NCBI GenBank assembly: GCA_016187025.1
Contig: JACPKM010000001.1
Span: forward strand, 43,188 to 107,187
DNA length: 64,000 nt
Source of the DNA: Candidatus Daviesbacteria bacterium
GTDB taxonomy: Bacteria; Patescibacteriota; Microgenomatia; Daviesbacterales; UBA10151
Direction: 5' to 3'
The notes beneath the pieces are model-generated. The model did no database searches. It saw only the letters and a list, made by a program, of their open reading frames with translations, and had not been told where the DNA came from. The translations under genes were made by a program, and so were the position numbers. Positions 1 to 9,972 of the stretch are shown here, piece after piece; position 1 is the first letter of the stretch, and each line of letters starts with the position of its first letter.

Positions 1-451
1 CTCTTCCATCAAACTCAAACAAAGCTACTTGCTGATATTTGCCAAGCTCTAACTTTCCATTCCTCACAGGAACAGTCACACTAGGGTGTGAATAAGTTAA
101 AGCCCTGATATGTGAACCAGCATTATAATCCTCATCAACTTCATTACATAACGGATTATCCTGGCACCTATGTAAATAATCAGCAGTTGGGTGTTCCCAT
201 CCGTTAGAAGCTCTATGGGAGCGTTTATCCTCTGGCACACATAATAAAGTATGTCTTAGGATATCCTGCAATAAATTAGGTTCAGCAATCTCATTCCAAA
301 GTACTCCTAAAGTAGTGTGTTTTGTATTAACTACCACAAATCCATCCTCTACTTTAGCTTTTTTTATAGCCTCGTTTATTTGATCTGTAATGTCTTGGAT
401 ATAGGTATGTTTTATGGAGGGGAATTTTATTTCTTTTAGATAAGCTTTCAC
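1..451 (-). CDS. yjbQ: YjbQ/UPF0047 family protein, truncated at window start
   Basis: Not in ORF track. Manual translation from GTG at 451 gives MKAYLKEIKFPS..DITDQI..KHTTLG..NE..NAGSHIRA..LELGKYQQVALFEFDG, matching YjbQ motifs. Confidence 0.8.
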   Translation of the reverse strand, partial: MKAYLKEIKFPSIKHTYIQDITDQINEAIKKAKVEDGFVVVNTKHTTLGVLWNEIAEPNLLQDILRHTLLCVPEDKRSHRASNGWEHPTADYLHRCQDNPLCNEVDEDYNAGSHIRALTYSHPSVTVPVRNGKLELGKYQQVALFEFDGR

Positions 452-1488
452 TAGTTTTTCCTTTCAATTAAAAATTGAGACATATCTATTAGAAACCCCA
501 TTTTATCTTTCTCATTTATTATCTCAGGTATTATCTTTTTGGCAACTCCGCAATATTTTATACACTTTTTAGTGGAAAAATCCAAGCTTCCAGTGTTTAT
601 AAAAATTTGTCTAATTTCTTGTATCTGTTTATCAGTTAAACCTTTTTTCCCATAAAATTTATCTAAATATCTTTTTTGCTCTTTGTTTGCAAAATTTAGG
701 GCATAATAAATAAGCAGGGTTGCCTTACCTTCTTCTATATCTGAGCTGGCTGATTTTCCTATTTTTTCTTCATCTCCAAAGACTCCTAAAATATCATCTT
801 GGATCTGAAAAGCAGTTCCTAAATTTTTCCCAAATTCTTCAATAGCAGCAAGCTTGTCTTCATCTATCCCAGCAAGTATTGCCCCCATCGACAAAGGCCC
901 GATTATGGTGTACCAGGCAGTCTTAAATTGGGAAATTATCATCACATCATCTATCTTTATAACTTTTTTTTTATGAGGAATCTCCACATCTAAAATTTCT
1001 CCTAAACAGGTTTTGAGCATCATTGAATTAAAAACTTTCAGCGCCGAATTTTTCTTTCCTTCATCAAATTCACTCTCGGCGATTAATTTATTGGCCAGGA
1101 AAAAAGCAGCATCTGCAAGGGCTATTGTCTGTGAAATGCCGTAGTGATCCCCTCCTAATCTTTTGTATATAGTAGGCTTGCCTCGTCTTGTTAAACTTTG
1201 ATCAATGATGTCATCATGGGCCAATATTGCTGTTTGGAAAATTTCTGTGGCAACTGAAACCTTAAGAATCTCTGCTTTGTTATCACCGCCAAAAAGCTCA
1301 TATCCTAGTTTAACAAGTGATCCTCTTAATCTTTTTCCTCCTTCAGAGGCCTCTTTAAAGATTTGAATAAATTCCCCCAGATTAGGAGAGATTTTTTCTA
1401 TTTCTTGTAAAGACTGGGTTAAAAAAAGATCGATCTGGTGATCGATTTGCGGAGCAGTTTCTTTTAGATAACTTAGAAACTGGTTCAT
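451..1488 (-). CDS. polyprenyl (geranylgeranyl/farnesyl) diphosphate synthase
   Basis: GGKRLR, HDDIID..RRG and FQIQDD aspartate-rich motifs; likely start MNQFL at 1488. Confidence 0.92.
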   Translation of the reverse strand: MNQFLSYLKETAPQIDHQIDLFLTQSLQEIEKISPNLGEFIQIFKEASEGGKRLRGSLVKLGYELFGGDNKAEILKVSVATEIFQTAILAHDDIIDQSLTRRGKPTIYKRLGGDHYGISQTIALADAAFFLANKLIAESEFDEGKKNSALKVFNSMMLKTCLGEILDVEIPHKKKVIKIDDVMIISQFKTAWYTIIGPLSMGAILAGIDEDKLAAIEEFGKNLGTAFQIQDDILGVFGDEEKIGKSASSDIEEGKATLLIYYALNFANKEQKRYLDKFYGKKGLTDKQIQEIRQIFINTGSLDFSTKKCIKYCGVAKKIIPEIINEKDKMGFLIDMSQFLIERKN

Positions 1489-1576
1489 AGGATAAGTTTT
1501 TGGAGTGTAGCTTAATTTAGAGTCAAAAGCAACTTGTTGCATAAAACTTTTAGTTGATATACTGTTAGTCTTATGT

Positions 1577-2140
1577 ATGATAAAAACCCCACACAAGTCT
1601 TTTAAATACCGTAGTTTTGAGCTTGCCTATAAAGCATTTGCTAAACCTTTAATGAGATTTATTATCAGAAAAATGAATGGTGATGTTGAAGCTGCAGAGG
1701 AAGTTTTTTCTCAAACATTACTTGCAGCACTAAACGGCTATTCAGCATTTGAGCACAAAAGCAGCTATTTTACCTGGATATGTAAAATAGCCTTAAATAA
1801 AACAGCTGATTATTATAGAGAGCTGATCAATCAAAAATCCAAATTTATCGCCCCCTCACTTGAGTTAATAGCTAAAATCCCCGCTTCTCAGCTTAGTCCG
1901 GAAGAAAAACTGGCTTTGGACCAACTTAGAATATCTATCCATGAATGTTTAACTCTCCTGCCTGAGGAAAAAAGGAAACTTCTGTATTTGAGATATTGGG
2001 AAGATCTAACTTTGCAAAAGATTGCTGAAATTATGGGTACAACCGAAAGAGCAATAGAAGGAAAAATCTATAGAGCCAAAAAAGAGCTAAAAGAAATCAT
2101 TTTAGAAAAACATCCAAATCTGGCTTATTCATTTGTTTAA
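1577..2140 (+). CDS. ECF-type RNA polymerase sigma factor
   Basis: Region 2 (AEEVFSQT..YFTWICKIALN) and region 4 HTH (LQKIAEIMG..IYRAKKEL). Confidence 0.88.
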   Translation: MIKTPHKSFKYRSFELAYKAFAKPLMRFIIRKMNGDVEAAEEVFSQTLLAALNGYSAFEHKSSYFTWICKIALNKTADYYRELINQKSKFIAPSLELIAKIPASQLSPEEKLALDQLRISIHECLTLLPEEKRKLLYLRYWEDLTLQKIAEIMGTTERAIEGKIYRAKKELKEIILEKHPNLAYSFV

Positions 2141-2145
2141 CAACC

Positions 2146-2700
2146 TTAATCTGGACACAATTTCCTTGAAACAAAAGCTCTACCATAATCAAAAAATCTC
2201 CACTCTTCCATAAACCAGCTTGTAAATTTCTGATTCTTAATCATTTCATTTATTCTTTCTACGCTAAGAAATTTACTTTCTTCTACTTCCACGGGATCTA
2301 TTTCAACATCGCCACTATAATAGGCTACATAGGTGATAACCAATTCGTTATCTAATATTTTATCTTCACCACTTGCAAATCCACTGTCCTGTCTATGTAA
2401 ATTCCTCACCTTAAAAAACTCGACAGAAATCCCAAGCTCCTCTTTTATTCCCCGTAGAGCTGCTTCATTATACCCTTCACCAGGTTTAACATGCTCTCCT
2501 ACACTGAGATCCCAAAATCCCGGGTATTTCATTTTTTTAGTACTTCTTTTTTGTAAAAGAATCTCGCCTTGTGAATTAACAACAAATATATTTACAGCTT
2601 TATGAAGCGCACCTGTTTTATATAACACTCCCCTAGCTGCTTGACCAGTAATCTTACCATCAAGGCTTAAAATATCTAAAAGTTCTTCTGATTCATTCAT
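2146..2700 (-). CDS. Nudix hydrolase, IDI type 1-like
   Basis: LHKAV..LLQKRS..PGFWD, Nudix box GEGYNEAALRGIKEELG, DNE, FTSW. Confidence 0.8.
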   Translation of the reverse strand: MNESEELLDILSLDGKITGQAARGVLYKTGALHKAVNIFVVNSQGEILLQKRSTKKMKYPGFWDLSVGEHVKPGEGYNEAALRGIKEELGISVEFFKVRNLHRQDSGFASGEDKILDNELVITYVAYYSGDVEIDPVEVEESKFLSVERINEMIKNQKFTSWFMEEWRFFDYGRAFVSRKLCPD

Positions 2701-3266
2701 TAAGGATTAAAAAAACCGTGTCTTTTCAGCAGGGGTGTCGCTGCAACAGCCCAGGGAGCATATTTTTTAGGATTTGCTTCTATGTCTTTTAAAAACTCAT
2801 ACTTATCCATCCACTTAATCCCATATCCTACTTCAGGATTAAGTTCAAAATCTCCCACTAGTTCGGCAGTTAGAATCTTATCGTGCTCATTTTCACAAAA
2901 CTCTCCGTATTGGGCAAAATAATTGATACCACCGAAATTTCTTAAATCCTTTATATCATCTGGGTCTATATTATACTCGCGTTTCAGCGACCTCAAAGCA
3001 GCTTCCTCATCAGTTTCATTTGAGCCATCTTCTTTATGTAACTGATGGGTAGAGGCAGTCATATCCCATATATAATCAAAAACTAAATGCTTCCTCTTTT
3101 GTAGTAGTAGCTGTCCTTTGTTGTTATATATAAATATTGAGATTGCAAAATGGTGCCTACCCTTACCAGTATGACCTTCTTCTTTAGAGAAAAACTCTCC
3201 TGTCGGAGTACCGTCTTCATTTGCTCCTTGAATTATTTGATGCGGTTGTCCCATTGATACTTTCAT
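2700..3266 (-). CDS. idi: isopentenyl-diphosphate delta-isomerase-like Nudix protein
   Basis: HFAISIF..LLLQKR..WD..H, ENEHD, PEV and YAPW motifs of type 1 IDI; in operon with ispH. Confidence 0.7.
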   Translation of the reverse strand: MKVSMGQPHQIIQGANEDGTPTGEFFSKEEGHTGKGRHHFAISIFIYNNKGQLLLQKRKHLVFDYIWDMTASTHQLHKEDGSNETDEEAALRSLKREYNIDPDDIKDLRNFGGINYFAQYGEFCENEHDKILTAELVGDFELNPEVGYGIKWMDKYEFLKDIEANPKKYAPWAVAATPLLKRHGFFNP

Positions 3267-4234
3267 GTATTCCTATAATCCTCCACTCTAGGCGGAATGT
3301 TAAAATTGACTGGCTCTGGTTTACCAAACCTTAAATCTTCTATCTTATAACCCCCTACTGAGAGTTGTCTCATGAATTTATCAGCATGCATAGGATCTGC
3401 AGAGGCACCTGCAGTAACGGCAACCCTACTTGCTCCTTCAAACATTCCTCTTTGCACCTCTTCTGCTGTCTCAACTAAATAGACCTCTGCACCAGCTGCT
3501 TTACCCATCTTAACTAACTCACTAGTATTTGAACTTATTCTAGATCCAAAAGCAATCATTACCTGAGGTTCTCTAGCCAATACTAACCCTAATGCTCCTT
3601 GTCTGTTTTGAGTAGCAAAGCAGACATCACCCAAGTCCGGTATTCTTATATCTGGTATTTTCTCTCTTAGTCTATCTATCCATGCCAATGCTTTTCCTGT
3701 ATTTAGAGTAGTTTGAGTATCTATAAAATACATTTTTCCTGGGACTGGTACAAAATCCTTAACATCCTCCTCTGTACGAATAGGAGTTATATTATCTGGA
3801 GCTTCCCCTATTACCCCTTTAGGTTCCCTATGTTCCAAATCCTTACATATATATAGAACGTCCCAATCTCTACCTTCTGCTACAGCTATCTCTTTAGCTC
3901 TTTTTACTCGTTCATGAACTTTAGCAACAAGCGGGCAAGTACTATCTATTATCTGTGTTTTTTTGTCACGAAGTAGCCGCCTTTCACTTTCTGATAAACC
4001 ATGAGCACTTATCATAACTCTTGCACCTTCTGGAATATATACCGGATCTTCTACAAAAGTCATACCTCTTGCTTCTAAACTATGCACTACTGGAAAGTTA
4101 TTTACTAAATTACCTAAACCTGTAACAGGACCATCGTTAAGTGCCCTTTTTGCATTATCTATAGACCAAGCAACACCTGCGCAGAATCCTAAAGGGTAAG
4201 CTTTATATGCTATTTTTTGCGTCTCTTCGGACAT
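3263..4234 (-). CDS. ispH: 4-hydroxy-3-methylbut-2-enyl diphosphate reductase
   Basis: Three cluster Cys (GFCAGV, DSTCPLV, VCFATQNRQ) plus SAHG, SSNT and TAGAS. Confidence 0.88.
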   Translation of the reverse strand: MSEETQKIAYKAYPLGFCAGVAWSIDNAKRALNDGPVTGLGNLVNNFPVVHSLEARGMTFVEDPVYIPEGARVMISAHGLSESERRLLRDKKTQIIDSTCPLVAKVHERVKRAKEIAVAEGRDWDVLYICKDLEHREPKGVIGEAPDNITPIRTEEDVKDFVPVPGKMYFIDTQTTLNTGKALAWIDRLREKIPDIRIPDLGDVCFATQNRQGALGLVLAREPQVMIAFGSRISSNTSELVKMGKAAGAEVYLVETAEEVQRGMFEGASRVAVTAGASADPMHADKFMRQLSVGGYKIEDLRFGKPEPVNFNIPPRVEDYRNT

Positions 4235-4298
4235 AAGTTGTTAATATACTAAATTATTAGTCTCAAAAACAAGCATAAACCCACAATTTAAAAAGAGG

Positions 4299-5030
4299 TT
4301 ATTTAAGTAAAGAGTCAATTTGGGTTTTCATCTGTTCAAAAGGAACAGCACCGGCAACATCTACAGTTTTACCAGTTTTTGTATCAAGTAAAATATTTCC
4401 TGGCGTGCCATTTACCCCAGCTTTTGATCCAGAGGCAATATCTTTGTCTATATAGGCTTTATATTTTCCGGAATCAAGACAAGACTTAAATTTAGCTTGG
4501 TCAAGGCCAAGTTTTGTTGATGCAATAGTTGCTAAATCTGCAATTTCTGGAGTTACTTCTGGCTCATAAATTGCATCAGCCATCTTCCAGAAAGCCTCTA
4601 TACCACCTAACTCTGTTGCGCATTCTGAAGCTTCGGCATATTTTCTGGCTTTAGGGTGAATCTGTTCCAGAGGAAAATGCCTATAAACCCAGGCCACTTG
4701 GCCTTTATACTCATCAACTATTTGTTTGGCAGTTGGATGAAATCTTTTACAAAAAGGACATTCTAAATCTGAGTATTCAACAAGTAAAATTCTAGCATTT
4801 TTATTGCCTTGAATATGGTCATTATCTCTTAAAGATTCTAGCTCTGTTTTTTCGGGCTGGGCTGGAGCATTATCAGCAGCTTGGTCAGCTACTTGCTTGG
4901 TTCCACCTGCCCCAACAGGTTGTCCAACTTTAATTATCCCACCATGCAGTAAAATTGCAATTGAAATTACAAAAGAACCTAAAAGGATGGCAACAGGAAG
5001 AGTTAGGATGGAGTTTTTATCAGAATCCAT
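4299..5030 (-). CDS. DsbA-family thiol-disulfide oxidoreductase, membrane-anchored
   Basis: N-terminal TM segment, SDLECPFC, YRHFPL, GTP. Confidence 0.9.
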   Translation of the reverse strand: MDSDKNSILTLPVAILLGSFVISIAILLHGGIIKVGQPVGAGGTKQVADQAADNAPAQPEKTELESLRDNDHIQGNKNARILLVEYSDLECPFCKRFHPTAKQIVDEYKGQVAWVYRHFPLEQIHPKARKYAEASECATELGGIEAFWKMADAIYEPEVTPEIADLATIASTKLGLDQAKFKSCLDSGKYKAYIDKDIASGSKAGVNGTPGNILLDTKTGKTVDVAGAVPFEQMKTQIDSLLK

Positions 5031-5070
5031 AAAATTAAGTCTAGCTTTTTGACTGTTTAGTTGTCAACCC

Positions 5071-5649
5071 CTAGTTATACTGACACTGAGCTTTTTCTGG
5101 CCCCTTTTCTAATACCAAATCAAGAGCTTCAATTCCTTTTTTAAACATTGCTTTAACTGTCTGGTGTTCTTTCTGTAAAAAGTTTTCCAGAACAAATTTT
5201 TCAGCTTCAAAAGAGATCCTTTTGTGTTCTCCGGCAAAGGCTTTTTCATTTCCTATCCCAAACCTTAAACGTATAAACTTATCAGTCCCCAGCTTTCCGA
5301 TCACTGATTCAACTCCATGATGCCCCCCTGCACCGCCACCAAAGCGCACTTTAATTTTTCCCAGTAGCAAATCCAGATCATCATGGACAACAATAACGTT
5401 TTCAGCCGGGACTTTAAAAAAGTTAGCAAGTGATGAAACAGCTATACCAGAGTTATTCATAAAAGTAAGCGGACGAGCCAAAATCAAGTCCTGATTTAAC
5501 TTGATAATTTCCGATTTAAATTTATTGTCAGTACTCCACTCCCCCAGGTCCTTTTTTTTCTTATATGCATCTAAAAAATCAAATCCTAAATTATGCCTGG
5601 TATAAATATATTTATCCTCAGGATTACCTAAACCAACAACTAGTTTCAT
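5071..5649 (-). CDS. pth: peptidyl-tRNA hydrolase
   Basis: VGLGNP..TRHNLG, FMNNSG, HDDLD, GGHHG. Confidence 0.95.
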   Translation of the reverse strand: MKLVVGLGNPEDKYIYTRHNLGFDFLDAYKKKKDLGEWSTDNKFKSEIIKLNQDLILARPLTFMNNSGIAVSSLANFFKVPAENVIVVHDDLDLLLGKIKVRFGGGAGGHHGVESVIGKLGTDKFIRLRFGIGNEKAFAGEHKRISFEAEKFVLENFLQKEHQTVKAMFKKGIEALDLVLEKGPEKAQCQYN

Positions 5650-5653
5650 ATTT

Positions 5654-6937
5654 TTAAAATAATCCTATTTGCGTTGTTTCCTTAGCTTGCTCTTCTTTTT
5701 CTTCTGACCATATCTTTACTACCCCGTACACTCCATCATACCCTGGATCTATCACCAGATCACCTTTTCTTACCTTGTCTATCCCCTCAGCTATCTTTGA
5801 CCCGGAGATTTTTGCCACCTCTGATATATCAACCTTGGTCAAAACCTTTATCTCCCCACCTAAAGCCATTACCAATTTTTTGTATTCATTTAATACCTTT
5901 TGGCTTGTCGGCATAGATCCAAACGCTTCAGCTATAATCTGCAATAGGGGCACTAACATCTTATAACCAGGCCTTTGTAAAGCCTCACTTTTGATCATAC
6001 CCTCTTCGTTTCTTACTTTTAACTCCGAGCTCGATCGTGAAGCGAGCGTCTCCACCCTCTCCATCACCCCGACCGTTAAACCTCGCCCGCATTTTGGACA
6101 GATGGTGCTATTTTGCCTGGTCTGCTCTGGCGAGTACTTAACATTACAGTTTCTATGGCCGGTATAGTGATATTTACCCTCCTCAGGATAAAACTCAATG
6201 GTCCCTACCAGATCTTGCGATTTAACCGCTTCCAGTAATCCTTGGAAACCCTCTTGTAAAGATCTGTTTACCACTGTTGATTCCCTGCCTATGTTAGGCA
6301 AGGAGTGTGCATCTGAACAAGATATTATTGATCTAGTGTCTAACTCCCCTACTCTCCAATTCATCGCCGGGTCAGAAGATAAACCCGTCTCAATGGCATA
6401 TACCTTGTCAGTTAAATCCTCAAAGCAATCTTTCAAACTATCATAACCTGACTCAGAGCCAAACACCCCAAACCAGGGGGTCCAGATATGGGCTGGGACA
6501 AAAAGGGCTTTCGATGACACCTCAAGCGCCATATATAGCAGATCTTTAGAGGGGATCCCCACAATTGGCCTACCATCAGATGCCAAAGTTGCCCTTTTGG
6601 TAAATAGCGCTTGCTGAAAACGGGTTGCGCAGTCTAAATCCGGCATGAACACTAAATTATGCACCCTTCTACCCTTACCCTTATGAGAATAGATTGAGGC
6701 TATCTCAACAGTTAGGACAAATTTAACAGGGGAGTTTTTAAAAGTTAAAAAACCAGAACCATCCTCTGTTAGCTGGCTTTTTAGCTCTGTTAACCAAAGA
6801 GGGTGTAAAAAATCTCCTGTACCCAAAAGGTTTATCCCTTTAAGATTTGCCCATTCTACCAAGTTAGGGATATTTAATTGTTGTGAACAAGCCCGGGAAA
6901 ATCGGGAGTGGATATGCAAATCTGCAACATATGCCAT
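5654..6937 (-). CDS. PHP-domain endonuclease Q-like protein
   Basis: DLHIHSRFS, GTGDF, PAHIWTPW, ETGLSSD, SDAHS, GKYH, CPKCG, PGYDG. Confidence 0.85.
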   Translation of the reverse strand: MAYVADLHIHSRFSRACSQQLNIPNLVEWANLKGINLLGTGDFLHPLWLTELKSQLTEDGSGFLTFKNSPVKFVLTVEIASIYSHKGKGRRVHNLVFMPDLDCATRFQQALFTKRATLASDGRPIVGIPSKDLLYMALEVSSKALFVPAHIWTPWFGVFGSESGYDSLKDCFEDLTDKVYAIETGLSSDPAMNWRVGELDTRSIISCSDAHSLPNIGRESTVVNRSLQEGFQGLLEAVKSQDLVGTIEFYPEEGKYHYTGHRNCNVKYSPEQTRQNSTICPKCGRGLTVGVMERVETLASRSSSELKVRNEEGMIKSEALQRPGYKMLVPLLQIIAEAFGSMPTSQKVLNEYKKLVMALGGEIKVLTKVDISEVAKISGSKIAEGIDKVRKGDLVIDPGYDGVYGVVKIWSEEKEEQAKETTQIGLF

Positions 6938-6982
6938 ATTGGGATTTTACCATACATTATCCTTGTTAACTGCATCAACATT

Positions 6983-7004
6983 TTATTAAACGATCGTTTA
7001 ATAA
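6983..7004. promoter_or_regulatory. 22-bp perfect palindrome TTATTAAACGATCGTTTAATAA
   Basis: Seen directly; 14 bp of it recur at 7511-7524. Confidence 0.6.
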
Positions 7005-7009
7005 TCTGA

Positions 7010-7501
7010 TTATTTACCAGTACTGGTTGACTCTATTACCAAAACCCAATCCTCTATTACCAACTCTTTAACCAGTTTTCTTAAAACTATGGTCAAAGGT
7101 TTTTTACTGGCCCAGACACTCTTTTGCCAAGGCTTAAAACCCCAATCTTTTAATCTCCTTCTTAAGGTATTCCTGGCCCTTTTATGAGTTTCTGGAACAT
7201 CAAATATTACCAGCCTCCAGACTCCATCCCACTCTATCTGATCATCCGGCTTATTTTTAAGCAACCAATCCCTCCCCGCCTCTGTTAACTTCAAAATAAT
7301 CTTTTCCTCATCTTTTTGTCTCTCTATAAAACCATGTTCCCGGAGTCTTTTAAGAGCTTGAGCTAAAGCAGATTTGTTAAGTTCAGGAGCACCGTAGTGA
7401 TATCTATAGTAGTGGGCCCTAAAATCATCTATTCTGACTACTCCGTCAACGCTCTTTTCTAAAACCAGTAAAATTGCATCCCTTAACTTTTTCTTAACCA
7501 T
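7010..7501 (-). CDS. PaaX-like winged-helix regulator with Cas2-like C-terminal domain
   Basis: LTEAG, WDGVWRLVIFDVPE..R..LR..GF..QKSVW; likely start at 7501. Confidence 0.85.
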   Translation of the reverse strand: MVKKKLRDAILLVLEKSVDGVVRIDDFRAHYYRYHYGAPELNKSALAQALKRLREHGFIERQKDEEKIILKLTEAGRDWLLKNKPDDQIEWDGVWRLVIFDVPETHKRARNTLRRRLKDWGFKPWQKSVWASKKPLTIVLRKLVKELVIEDWVLVIESTSTGK

Positions 7502-7541
7502 TATCAAAACATTAAACGATCGTTGCAAGTTTTGTCAATAC

Positions 7542-8153
7542 TTAGGGATAGTAAAATCCGATATGTCCATCCTCCCCAATATGAAATCCTAGTCTAACCT
7601 TTGGTTCATACTTGGGATGTTTCTCCAAACCACATAAAGGAGAGAGTAAACCGTCATTTCCCCATAGACTTAAAACAGCCAGCCCTTCTTTAATTTCTTT
7701 GTAAACACCGGACGATGGCTTAGGAATACTACATTCATTACAAAAGCCCAGCATACGATCTACTCTCACTGCTTCTGACCTGCATGGCGTTAATCCCCCG
7801 CTGCATTCGGAATCATAAGAAATATCCCCCTGTGGGGATACTAAAGCAATCCAACCCGGCGGCGTAATATTTTGTATATTTTCAACCTGTCCTGCTCGCC
7901 AGCAATATATTCCACCACTTGTTCTATGAAAGTGTTGGGCTTGGATAAGTGCATGAACTTGGTAAACCAAAGGATTAAAACCTACCTCACAATCTCTACA
8001 CCAACCATCTGTCCTTCTTATAGGCGATATAAAAGTGGGGCTTTCTAATCTTGCTCTTATCGGGGCCCTTGAAAGACTTGAAGATTCTTTAGGATCAAGG
8101 AGGGCTAGCTGTTTAAAAAAAATTGGAGGCTTCTCTTGATCTAACAAATTCAT
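7542..8153 (-). CDS. hypothetical Cys-rich protein
   Basis: 203-aa ORF overlapping the lig stop codon; CxxC pairs (CRDC, CNEC). Confidence 0.55.
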   Translation of the reverse strand: MNLLDQEKPPIFFKQLALLDPKESSSLSRAPIRARLESPTFISPIRRTDGWCRDCEVGFNPLVYQVHALIQAQHFHRTSGGIYCWRAGQVENIQNITPPGWIALVSPQGDISYDSECSGGLTPCRSEAVRVDRMLGFCNECSIPKPSSGVYKEIKEGLAVLSLWGNDGLLSPLCGLEKHPKYEPKVRLGFHIGEDGHIGFYYP

Positions 8154-9883
8154 TTTTTGTATTGCAGATGATACATCTCGACTAACTCTTTAACAGTAGT
8201 TACATCCTCAGGTTGTTTGTCAGCTTCACGGAATTTAACTAACCTGGGAAATCTTAAGGCGTATCCAGGCCCTGAGCCTATTTTGCCAGCTGTATGGACC
8301 GGAGATTTGGTAATTTCATCTGCTAACACCTCTATCACTATTTTCGGTTCCACCCAGACGCTAGGAGTAATTAATGAATTTACCCGTGCTGGTTTCCTTT
8401 GAACTTTGAACTTTGAACTTTGAACTTTGATTTCTCTCCATTCCTCATCGGTTAATCCTGTGCCAATTCTGGAAACTGTCACAAATTCATCTTTGTCTTT
8501 ATCATAAACTCCAACCAGTAATGCCCCTGCCCCAAACTCTGCCCTTTTCCCCCTGCCAAAAATATAACCTAAAATTACGCAATCAATAGTATCCTTAAGC
8601 TCACCTGCCGAGTGCCTCTTTAATTTCACCCAGTTAAAATTCCTGGCTCCTGCCTCATATTTTGAATCAGGTCTTTTGACAACCACTCCTTCCAAACCTT
8701 TGGTTAAGGCATCATTAAAAAGCTCATTTAACCTTTCTTCGTTGTCTACCACCTCTCCGGGCTGCGGAATTAATATTTCATCCCCCTGCAAAACCTTTTT
8801 TAGCTGTTCCATTCTTTCAATTAGCTCCAAGTCCATTAAGGGTTTTCCATCTAGATACATCACATCAAACACAAAAGCCTTTAAAGGCAGGCTCTTTGCC
8901 ATTTCTTCTATGCCATACTTTCTTCTTCTTTTTGTGGTTTCCTGAAAAGGTAAAAATTCTTCTGATTGGGGGTTAAAAGCTAAGGCTTCTGAGTCTAAAA
9001 TGGCTGTTTTGGCTTTAATCTGTTTAATTGTTCCTTCCACAATCTCCGGAAACATGGGAGTAGTTTCCTCTAAGTTTCTGGAAAAAAGCCTGACATTATT
9101 ACCGTCTTTGTGAATTTGCACTCGGAATCCATCATATTTATACTGAACATGAGCATTACCTTCAAACTTTTGCAGGACAGTCTTGGCATCCGGTAATCTT
9201 TCTGCCAACTGGGAGCGGATCGGCCGGCCCACTGTCACATCAAGCTTTTGCACCGCCTCCAACCCCCCACTCCATAAGGTTTCGCCGATCAATCCTAGAT
9301 CAGAAACTTTATTATATGCTCCTTCTAAAAGTTTCCTTTTGGACCTGTCTCCCAGTTTTAGTTTGGCAAAAGCATCCAGAACCGTGGGGTCCCCTATTCC
9401 AAGCCTCGAAACACCAAGTGGAATTCTTACTAAATGCTTTGCAGATATTGGATCAACTTTTTTTAATATATCTGCTAAGGTAGCGACCTTTTTTTCTACT
9501 GTTCCTTCACCGGAAGTTTTAGCAATCCCTGCCAAAGTTTCAAAAATTTCTTTTGTTTCCAATTTAAAAGTTTTAATTTTAAATTTTAAATTCAGCTGTT
9601 GGGCCACTAAACCCATATCTCCTAATTTGCCTAAAAGATTTAATACTTCCTCCTTATCAGCTTTATAAGCTCGACCAACAGCTGCTGCTACCAATTTTTC
9701 ACTCATCCCCATCTCAACAGGCTCGTAAAACGGGGCTACTCTTCCCTGAAGCAGATAACTCACCTTTGCTACCTCATGTTTTTCTACCTTAGAAAAAAGT
9801 TCTGAGAGGATGTCTATCAGGGAGAGTCTCGAGGAAGTAGTTTCTAACCTTTCAAAATAGTCCGCTAACTGCTTAAAAATCAT
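8150..9883 (-). CDS. lig: ATP-dependent DNA ligase
   Basis: KYDGFR motif I, LEGVVVK, WVKLK, LRFPR; likely start MIFKQ at 9883. Confidence 0.95.
   Translation of the reverse strand: MIFKQLADYFERLETTSSRLSLIDILSELFSKVEKHEVAKVSYLLQGRVAPFYEPVEMGMSEKLVAAAVGRAYKADKEEVLNLLGKLGDMGLVAQQLNLKFKIKTFKLETKEIFETLAGIAKTSGEGTVEKKVATLADILKKVDPISAKHLVRIPLGVSRLGIGDPTVLDAFAKLKLGDRSKRKLLEGAYNKVSDLGLIGETLWSGGLEAVQKLDVTVGRPIRSQLAERLPDAKTVLQKFEGNAHVQYKYDGFRVQIHKDGNNVRLFSRNLEETTPMFPEIVEGTIKQIKAKTAILDSEALAFNPQSEEFLPFQETTKRRRKYGIEEMAKSLPLKAFVFDVMYLDGKPLMDLELIERMEQLKKVLQGDEILIPQPGEVVDNEERLNELFNDALTKGLEGVVVKRPDSKYEAGARNFNWVKLKRHSAGELKDTIDCVILGYIFGRGKRAEFGAGALLVGVYDKDKDEFVTVSRIGTGLTDEEWREIKVQSSKFKVQRKPARVNSLITPSVWVEPKIVIEVLADEITKSPVHTAGKIGSGPGYALRFPRLVKFREADKQPEDVTTVKELVEMYHLQYKK
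8397..8430. repeat. (CTTTGAA)x4.9 perfect heptamer tandem repeat inside lig
   Basis: Seen directly; encodes KVQSSKFKVQ. Confidence 0.9.
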
Positions 9884-9972
9884 CTCTTTTGGATTGTAGA
9901 TTAAACAAATTAATTTGACAAGCAAATTACAACTTGTAAAATAGTCCCGTTTTGAGTAATAGTATACAAGGA

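Noticed and set aside
7010-7501. Cas2-like domain as evidence of CRISPR-Cas
   Set aside because: It is the C-terminal domain of a PaaX-like regulator; there is no cas1 or array.
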